From the NCBI GenBank assembly GCA_036261915.1, contig DATAJX010000002.1, positions 22,997-54,996 of the forward strand: a DNA stretch of 32,000 nucleotides. The letters run 5' to 3'. Under the pieces are notes generated by a model that searched no databases, had not been told where the DNA came from, and worked only from the letters and a program-made list of their open reading frames with translations. The stretch's first letter is position 1, and every line of letters begins with the position of its first letter. Below are positions 26,606 to 32,000 of the stretch, piece after piece. The translations under genes and the position numbers were made by a program. This stretch comes from Alphaproteobacteria bacterium (GTDB lineage: Bacteria; Pseudomonadota; Alphaproteobacteria; UBA2136; UBA6156).

Positions 26606-27133
26606 TTAAAATTCGTGGACCACGCTGCACACCACGCCCCACACATGGCACTCGGTCTCGGGGGTGATCACAATGGGGCTGAAACTGGCGTTTTCCGGCA
26701 GCAGGCGCAAAAACTCACCGCGGGTGTCCAGCCGCTTCACGGTCAGGTCGCCGTCCACCGCCGCCACCACAATGGCGCCGTGCACCGCGGGCTTGCTGCG
26801 ATCCACCACCAGCAGGTCGCCGTCGGCGATGTTGGCGTTGATCATGCTGTCGCCCTGGGCCCGTACAAAAAACGTGGCTTCGGCATTATGCACCAGGTAG
26901 CTGTGCAGGTTCACGTCGGCCTCAACGTGGTCGTCGCCGGCGGTGGGCGTCCCGGCGCGCACGTGCGAGCCGTATAAAGGGATGGTCGGTTCTAGCCCTT
27001 CGTCGCCGTTGGTCAGCATGGCGCGCACGCCTTCCACCCGGCTGGCCGGCACGCGCATCACCACGGTGGGTTCGCCGTACTGCCCGGTGCCGGCCTTGCG
27101 CCCCGCACCACCCCGTTTGCCGCCTCGTGTCAT
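26606..27133 (-). CDS. S24-family (LexA/UmuD-type) self-cleaving peptidase with a short basic N-terminal domain; no adjacent umuC
   Basis: 175 aa. GDSM (Ser nucleophile) and VKRL (Lys general base), with a possible AG cleavage site in HVRAGTPT. The N-terminus MTRGGKRGGAGRKAGTGQYGEPTVVMRVPASRVEGVRAML has no classical HTH. Confidence 0.85.
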   Translation of the reverse strand: MTRGGKRGGAGRKAGTGQYGEPTVVMRVPASRVEGVRAMLTNGDEGLEPTIPLYGSHVRAGTPTAGDDHVEADVNLHSYLVHNAEATFFVRAQGDSMINANIADGDLLVVDRSKPAVHGAIVVAAVDGDLTVKRLDTRGEFLRLLPENASFSPIVITPETECHVWGVVCSVVHEF

Positions 27134-27180
27134 GTTGCCTGTCTTTCGTTAACCGTTTTTCTTAACGCTTCGATAAAATG

Positions 27181-27209
27181 ATTATTGTTACAAAATTCAA
27201 GTTTGTCAA
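27181..27209 (-). promoter_or_regulatory. Promoter candidate for the S24 peptidase gene, with flanking direct repeats
   Basis: Minus strand: TTGACA (27209-27204), 17-nt spacer, AATAAT (27186-27181). GTAACAAAAATC and GTAACAATAATC direct repeats bracket the -35 and overlap the -10. The region is AT-rich. Confidence 0.5.
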
Positions 27210-27369
27210 CTCTGATTTTTGTTACGTAAATCAAGGCATTTTTAAAAAACCATGCGACACCGGCGCATCATTTCCGTACCGTCCACCGACATCCGCCCCC
27301 TCAAATGCATCACAAGTGTACAGCCAAGCGACATCAGCGCTCCATCTCCGCATCACCTGCGCATCATGC

Positions 27370-27398
27370 TTGACAGCCCCGTCAAAAACCTTCATAGG
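27370..27398 (+). promoter_or_regulatory. Independent promoter candidate for rplQ
   Basis: TTGACA (27370-27375), 17-nt spacer, CATAGG (27393-27398). AGAGGAG RBS at 27409-27415. Confidence 0.5.
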
Positions 27399-27422
27399 GG
27401 GCCGAAATAGAGGAGTTATGTC

Positions 27423-27782
27423 ATGCGTCACGGTGTTTCTGGTCGCAAATTTGGTCGCAAATCCGACGCCCGTCGCGCGTTGCTCGAAGGCTTGGCTATG
27501 TCATTGATTGAACACGGCCAAATCACCACCACCCTGGCCAAGGCCAAGGATCTCCGCAGCGTGGTCGAACCCCTCATCACCAAAGCCCGCAGCAACACCG
27601 TCGCCAACCGCCGCCTGGTTGCCACTCAAGTTAAAAACCCCATTATCCTCAAGCGTTTGTTCGACGTTGTTGCTCCTATGTTTCAAGGTGTCAACGGCGG
27701 TTACACCCGCGTGCTGAAGGCCGGTTACCGCATCGGCGACAACGCCGCCATGGCGCTGATCGAACTCACCAAGCGCGCTTAA
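27423..27782 (+). CDS. rplQ: 50S ribosomal protein L17
   Basis: MRHGVSGRKFGRKSDARRALLEGLAMSLIEHGQITTTLAKAKDLR...GGYTRVLK. Confidence 0.98.
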   Translation: MRHGVSGRKFGRKSDARRALLEGLAMSLIEHGQITTTLAKAKDLRSVVEPLITKARSNTVANRRLVATQVKNPIILKRLFDVVAPMFQGVNGGYTRVLKAGYRIGDNAAMALIELTKRA

Positions 27783-27816
27783 TATCGTTAAATTTCAACG
27801 TATTATATAGCCTTGC

Positions 27817-27845
27817 CTACGCCCCTTCGGGGGCGTAGTGTTTGG
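27817..27845 (+). terminator. Hairpin terminator after rplQ
   Basis: CTACGCCCC-TTCG-GGGGCGTAG followed by TGTTTGG (modest T-tract). Confidence 0.6.
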
Positions 27846-27853
27846 CACATTCA

Positions 27854-28600
27854 ATGAAAGCCCCCGCCATGCTCGCGCACGAAAATGCCAACCAGATCAA
27901 CGAATTACTGCTGACCCCGCTGGCCGAACGCTGCGTGCAGAGCGTGCTGGCCAGCACGCTGGCCGCCGATGGCGAAAAGCTGCCTTACCCGCACTTTTAC
28001 GTAGCCGACGTGCTGCCCGAAGACGTTGTCGATCAATTGCTTGCCCTGCCTTTCATTGCACAGGACGTGCACGGCCAGTCGGGCTTGCGCGACATGCACA
28101 ACGACACCCGCACCTACATCGATGCCGCCAACCGCGCGCAGTACGAAGTGTGCGAAGCCGTGGCCCAATGCTTTCAGGATCAACGGGTTGTCGATACCAT
28201 CGCCAAGGTGTTCAGTGCGCCGATCGACGGTTGCAACCTGCGTTTGGAGATGGCTTTGGACCAGGACGGCTACTGGAACATGCCTCACACCGATTTAGGT
28301 GTTAAGGCTTTGACCTACCTGCTTTATTTGAGCCGCGACCCGGCCCATGCCGACCTGGCCACCGATGTTTACGACCAGCAACAGCAATGGCACAGCCGCC
28401 GCCCCAGCCTGCCCAACACCGCCATGGTGTTCGTGCCCGGCGACGATACCTTCCATGGCTTTGAAAAACGGCCGTTTTCCGGGGTTCGTAAGACTTTGAT
28501 CTTGAACTATGTGACCCCCGAATGGCGCGCGCGGGAGCAGCTGGCTTTCCCCGAAATGCCGGTGCATACCATCGCGTTTGCCAAGCCGAAAGCCGCCTAG
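27854..28600 (+). CDS. 2OG-Fe(II) oxygenase superfamily protein (putative)
   Basis: NMPHTDLGVKALTYLLYLS (HxD), DDTFHGFEKRP (distal His) and VRKTLILNYV (Arg). Start is uncertain (TTG 27842, ATG 27854 or ATG 27869; no clear RBS). Confidence 0.6.
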   Translation: MKAPAMLAHENANQINELLLTPLAERCVQSVLASTLAADGEKLPYPHFYVADVLPEDVVDQLLALPFIAQDVHGQSGLRDMHNDTRTYIDAANRAQYEVCEAVAQCFQDQRVVDTIAKVFSAPIDGCNLRLEMALDQDGYWNMPHTDLGVKALTYLLYLSRDPAHADLATDVYDQQQQWHSRRPSLPNTAMVFVPGDDTFHGFEKRPFSGVRKTLILNYVTPEWRAREQLAFPEMPVHTIAFAKPKAA

Positions 28601-28630
28601 AAGCCCGTAGCGCAGGTGTAGCGCGGGTGA

Positions 28631-28659
28631 TGCCCCCCTGTACAAAAGGGGGGCTTTTT
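28631..28659 (+). terminator. Intrinsic terminator after the oxygenase-like gene
   Basis: GCCCCCC-TGTACAAAA-GGGGGGC followed by TTTTTT. Confidence 0.8.
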
Positions 28660-28808
28660 TGTCGCAAAAGCGAGCGCGGGTGATGCGCAGGTGATGCATG
28701 GATGTCGGTTGCCTGTACACTTGACCCGGCGCGGGGTTCGGGGCAGGGTGCGGCCGATTTACCGGTCCTTTTTGCGGCGGCTTTGCCCGCCATACCCTGG
28801 AGCCCCCC

Positions 28809-30008
28809 ATGATGACCAATCTTGCGTTCAAACCGAATGCCGACGACCCTACGACCAGGACGATGCAAGGGATATTGTACGCCTATGCAGGCACGTTCGG
28901 TCCGATATGGGCCGAGCTGGCCCACGACGTGGGTGTGCCCGGCCTGCGCGAGCGGGTTGAAAGTGGCGATCCGCTTGGCTTTTTGCCACTGAAGCTGCTT
29001 GAAGCCATGGACCTGCGGCCCGGCGTGCTGAAAGGCACCCATACGTTCAGTGGCCGTCCGCTGGCCAGCGGCAACAACAGCCTTCCGCCGTTTTGCGTGA
29101 AGGGTGATGTGCATAGCGGCAAGCTGCTGGGCCACTGGTTGCTGGGGATTGAACAGCAACGCCCGGTGGGCCAACGACAATTGGCCGAGCGGGTATTGCA
29201 CCTGCTTTTGCCGGACATCCTGCCCGGCGAGGTCGAGGCGGCCGAGGTTTTGGCCGGTAGGCGGCCCTTGCCCTGGCGGGCGTTGGTGGCCCTTGCCGAA
29301 TACCTGAACCTTTGCGGGGGAGGGGCTTCGCACGAGCTGCTGGTGCAGTTGCTGCACGGGCCGTCGTTCAACCCGCCGCGCTTCGGCAACCCCCAGCCGG
29401 TGAGGAACCTGCTGGAAAGGCTGAAGCGTTACATGGTGCACAGCTTTGCCCTGCCGCCCACCAAAAGGCTGGGCCAGAGCGGTGCCAACACCCATACGCT
29501 GCGCTTCCGGGATAATATGGAGGATGACGCGGATGAGGAGGAGGCCGTGGCCGAACCTGTTGCCGACGCCCCTGCGCCGGAACCGGAAAAACCGGTCCGG
29601 CGCAGGCAAACCCCCCGCAGTGTGGTGGAGGCCAAAGTGCCGGTGGAGTTGAAAACGCCGGTGGCGGTCAAGGTTCCGGCCGGGATAGACCCCGCGCAGG
29701 ACCCCCTGCAATGGCTTGAGTATGTTTTGGTGAACAACCGGCACAACCGCGCGGTTTTTGGCCAACTGGTGAAAAGCGCCATGCTGGCTGCCGACCAACA
29801 GCAGGCGGAGATGTATCACCACCTGCGGAAGGCCAATGTGGTGGGGGCCACCCCCACCGTGGTGGCCAACCTGCTCAAGGGCAACGGCGGCTACCCCGCC
29901 AAGCGCCTGAAAGCCATGCTGGGCTTTGTGAAATGCACCCCGGCCGAGGCCGTGGCCGTTTGGCAAAAGCTGCCCGAGGACCCCGAGGCCAAGTTGCCCC
30001 GGCGATAG
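28809..30008 (+). CDS. Hypothetical protein, 399 aa, two helical regions joined by an acidic/Pro-rich linker
   Basis: CTGGAG RBS. Uses TTG, AGG, CGG, GGG and ATA codons more than the r-protein genes do. Segments such as QRQLAERV...GRRPLPWRALVALAEYLNL weakly resemble an XRE-type HTH. Confidence 0.55.
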   Translation: MMTNLAFKPNADDPTTRTMQGILYAYAGTFGPIWAELAHDVGVPGLRERVESGDPLGFLPLKLLEAMDLRPGVLKGTHTFSGRPLASGNNSLPPFCVKGDVHSGKLLGHWLLGIEQQRPVGQRQLAERVLHLLLPDILPGEVEAAEVLAGRRPLPWRALVALAEYLNLCGGGASHELLVQLLHGPSFNPPRFGNPQPVRNLLERLKRYMVHSFALPPTKRLGQSGANTHTLRFRDNMEDDADEEEAVAEPVADAPAPEPEKPVRRRQTPRSVVEAKVPVELKTPVAVKVPAGIDPAQDPLQWLEYVLVNNRHNRAVFGQLVKSAMLAADQQQAEMYHHLRKANVVGATPTVVANLLKGNGGYPAKRLKAMLGFVKCTPAEAVAVWQKLPEDPEAKLPRR

Positions 30009-30018
30009 CGAACGAAAA

Positions 30019-30043
30019 ACGGCCCCTTGGGGCCGTTTTTTTT
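30019..30043. terminator. Bidirectional intrinsic terminator (399-aa ORF / PPIase gene)
   Basis: ACGGCCCC-TT-GGGGCCGT followed by TTTTTTTT on the + strand and TTTTTCG on the - strand. Confidence 0.85.
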
Positions 30044-30053
30044 ATGACCGCCG

Positions 30054-30905
30054 TTACTTGGTGGCGGTGGCGCTGACGCCGCCGGCGCCATCGGCATAGG
30101 TGATGGTGGCATTGGTGCGCAGGCCGGCGAGGTAGTCTTGCACGGCCTTTTGGCTCATTTGCTGCTTGAGGCTGTCGGCCACCTGTTCGAACGGCGGGAC
30201 GTAGTGGTCGTTTTTGTCTTCGACCAGGATGACGTGCCAGCCGAACTGGGTTTTGACCGGTTGCTTGGCCACGGTACCCGCCGGGGTGGCGAAGGCCACG
30301 GTGGCGAACTCGGGGATCATGCTTTCTTTGCGGAACCAGCCCAGTTCGCCGCCGTTTTCGGCGCTGGGGCCTTTGCTGTACTGCTTGGCCAGCTCGGTGA
30401 AGTTGGCGGGGGTGGCCACCTTCAGCACGTTGAGGGCCTCGGCTTCGGTCGGCACCAGGATGTGGCGCGCCTTGACCGCCGGGAAAGCCAGCTGGGCCTT
30501 GTTCTCTTCGTAGACCTTTTGCAGCACGGGGATGGTCAGGGTTTCGGAGACCTTTTTGCCCACCAGGAAGTTGATGGCCATTTGCTCGTTGGCTTTGGCG
30601 GTTTCCTTTTTGAACTCGGGGTCGGATTCGATCTTGTTGCTCTTGACCTCTTGCTTGAGCAGTTGCTGCTGGATGAGGGCGTCGAGGATCTGGCGGCGGG
30701 CCTCGGCTTCGCGGCCCTGCTTGAGCTGGGCGGGGATGGGGGCCAGCTGTTCTTCGACCAGGCTTTCGCGGATCTGCACGCCGTTGACGGTGGCCAGGGT
30801 TTTGCCCGTGCCTTCGCCGCTGCCGCAAGCCACCAGCGCGGTGGTGGCCAGCAGGCCGGCGACGATGAGGCCGTAAACGGTTGATTTGGAAGCTTGTGTA
30901 GTCAT
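30054..30905 (-). CDS. Parvulin-type peptidyl-prolyl cis-trans isomerase lipoprotein (PpiC/PrsA-like)
   Basis: ATG at 30905 after AAGGGG. MTTQASKSTVYGLIVAGLLATTALVACGSG (lipobox LVAC). Parvulin core VKARHILV...GGELGWF...FGWHVILVEDK. Confidence 0.85.
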   Translation of the reverse strand: MTTQASKSTVYGLIVAGLLATTALVACGSGEGTGKTLATVNGVQIRESLVEEQLAPIPAQLKQGREAEARRQILDALIQQQLLKQEVKSNKIESDPEFKKETAKANEQMAINFLVGKKVSETLTIPVLQKVYEENKAQLAFPAVKARHILVPTEAEALNVLKVATPANFTELAKQYSKGPSAENGGELGWFRKESMIPEFATVAFATPAGTVAKQPVKTQFGWHVILVEDKNDHYVPPFEQVADSLKQQMSQKAVQDYLAGLRTNATITYADGAGGVSATATK

Positions 30906-30945
30906 GGTTAACCCCTTGTTTTTTATAGGTAAATTGCGAAAGGGC

Positions 30946-30974
30946 TTGACACGCCCCCGCGCGACCCGCATAAG
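30946..30974 (+). promoter_or_regulatory. Promoter candidate directed toward the M23 peptidase gene
   Basis: TTGACA (30946-30951), 17-nt spacer, CATAAG (30969-30974). Implies a 5' leader of about 390 nt. Confidence 0.4.
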
Positions 30975-31085
30975 CTGCCCGCCATGTGGCCGATTGGCAA
31001 GACTTCTGATGTGTTTTTTAGCAATTCCGCCGGGTTTGCTTGCGCGAACCTTACAGGGGGCATAGCCTTTTAGGCCTATGGGTAC

Positions 31086-31372
31086 AGCCATGACCAATCA
31101 GGTTTTTACTTGTTTGCGCGAGGCCATAAACGGTGGGCCCGTAGCGGCGCGAAGGGCGCTGTGCGGTTTAGCCCGCACAAGCCCGACAAGCCGGTATCGG
31201 AGCGCCGTTTTGGCCCGCGCCCTTTGGGTGGCTCAGCCAAACGCCGCCCGGTTTGGTTTTCTCCTCCTTGCGCAGGGTCAACTGCGCGTCGTCGTCCAAA
31301 ACGCAACCCGGACCGCTTCGCTTCGGCGTTTAGGCTGGCCACAAACAAACAAAAACCTGGTTGGTCATGGCT
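31086..31372 (+). repeat. Long-range inverted repeat (arms 31086-31116 and 31342-31372) closing a 287-nt structured region that includes the downstream start codon
   Basis: AGCCATGACCAATCAGGTTTTTACTTGTTTG pairs with CAAACAAACAAAAACCTGGTTGGTCATGGCT (2 mismatches and 1 G-U wobble). Pairing continues inward (GGCC/GGCC, TAAACG/CGTTTA). Internal hairpins at 31160-31179, 31237-31256 and 31270-31287. Confidence 0.7.
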
Positions 31373-32000
31373 AAACTGCGCGAATGGTTCAATCATACCC
31401 TGCTGGTATCGGTGGCGTTCACCGAAACCGGCGGTGTGCACACGCTGCGCCTGCGCAGCGCCTGGATTGTTTGCGCCTGCGTATTTATGCTGAGCGGCTG
31501 GCTTGGCATGGTGGTGGCCGGCGACTTTGCCGCCGCCCGGTTGAAGGCCCACATTACCGGCAATGCCGAGATGGCCTATTACATCGATGTTATTTCGCAG
31601 CTTAAAGCCGAACGCGACGCCCAGCAGCAGCAGGTGCGCCTGATCGCCCAGGAAATGGGCGTGCTGCAGGCCCGCCTTGACCGTTTTGATGCCCTTGGCG
31701 CCAAGTTGAAGGCCGAGGGCACTTTGTTGAGTGAAGCCCCCGCCAAGGGCGGCGACACCGATGGCGACGGCAAGGGCGGCCCCGAAGACCTGAAAGGCCC
31801 GCTGCCCAGCATGGACGACGTTAGAAAGCAGCTTGGCCTGTTGACCACCCATGCCGACGATGCCGAGATTGCCCTTGAAACCAGCCTGGCCATGGCCATA
31901 CGCAAGGCCATGGGCCCCACCAACGAAGGCCTGCCGTACCTGTGGCCGCTGATGATGCCGACCTTCCGGTATTCGAGCAGCTTCGGCTGGCGGGTGGACC
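31367..32000 (+). CDS. M23-family metallopeptidase (MepM/EnvC-like), N-terminal part; continues beyond the window
   Basis: Frame open from ATG 31367 to the window end (not in the ORF track). N-terminal TM segment (AWIVCACVFMLSGWLGMVVAG), coiled-coil region, then PLMMPTFRYSSSFGWRVD, which matches the xSSxFGxRxDP segment preceding the M23 catalytic core. Confidence 0.75.
   Translation, partial: MAKLREWFNHTLLVSVAFTETGGVHTLRLRSAWIVCACVFMLSGWLGMVVAGDFAAARLKAHITGNAEMAYYIDVISQLKAERDAQQQQVRLIAQEMGVLQARLDRFDALGAKLKAEGTLLSEAPAKGGDTDGDGKGGPEDLKGPLPSMDDVRKQLGLLTTHADDAEIALETSLAMAIRKAMGPTNEGLPYLWPLMMPTFRYSSSFGWRVD

Noticed and set aside
28302-30884. 554-aa minus ORF 28302..29966, 317-aa minus ORF 29875..30828 and plus ORF 30138..30884
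   Set aside because: Their Arg/Gly/His/Pro-rich sequences are implausible. The opposite-strand frames have RBSs, terminators and, for the PPIase, clear domain motifs.
31078-31852. ORFs 31078..31374 (+), 31110..31493 (+) and 31106..31852 (-) in and around the inverted-repeat leader
   Set aside because: Third-position GC is weak compared with real genes here, there is no RBS, and the sequences are Arg/Ala-rich and odd. The minus ORF is antisense to the M23 gene. The region is better explained as structured non-coding DNA.
1-32000. Scan for rRNA, tRNA, tmRNA, RNase P, SRP RNA, CRISPR arrays, transposases and integrases
   Set aside because: I could recognise by eye no cloverleaf-like sequences, no conserved ncRNA signature strings, no regularly spaced direct repeats and no recombinase-like ORFs. 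A proper covariance-model scan is still needed.

Overview
High-GC (well over 60% by eye) proteobacterial chromosome segment. Its core is an almost complete S10-spc-alpha ribosomal-protein superoperon on the + strand, running rpsJ to rplQ and including secY, adk, infA and rpoA. The absence of rpsD between rpsK and rpoA is alphaproteobacterium-like (inference). The conserved gene string is broken in several places. (1) tuf lies on the opposite strand, about 6.3 kb from rpsJ. The gap holds a SAM-methyltransferase, an aldo/keto reductase, an AT-rich island with a minimal Hanks-type kinase-like gene plus a 97-aa ORF, uvrC, and two small unknown genes. (2) A canonical intrinsic terminator, a structured repeat and a promoter-like site separate rplF from rplR. 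(3) rpmD is absent and S5 has a long C-terminal tail. (4) A porin gene and a divergent Ham1/ITPase-like gene sit between infA and a divergent, Cys-free, elongated L36-like ORF. (5) rpoA and rplQ are separated by about 2.5 kb. This stretch holds an unknown 319-aa protein, a repeat-rich non-coding block, and an orphan UmuD/LexA-type S24 peptidase followed by a 48-aa micro-ORF. Downstream of rplQ are a 2OG-Fe(II)-oxygenase-like gene, an unknown 399-aa protein, a parvulin-type PPIase lipoprotein, and the 5' part of an M23 peptidase gene preceded by a long inverted-repeat leader. A three-copy multi-hairpin repeat with compensatory stem changes marks three of the operon breakpoints. No rRNA, tRNA, CRISPR array or transposase was recognised. 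All functional calls come from reading the translations and motifs by eye; no searches were run.
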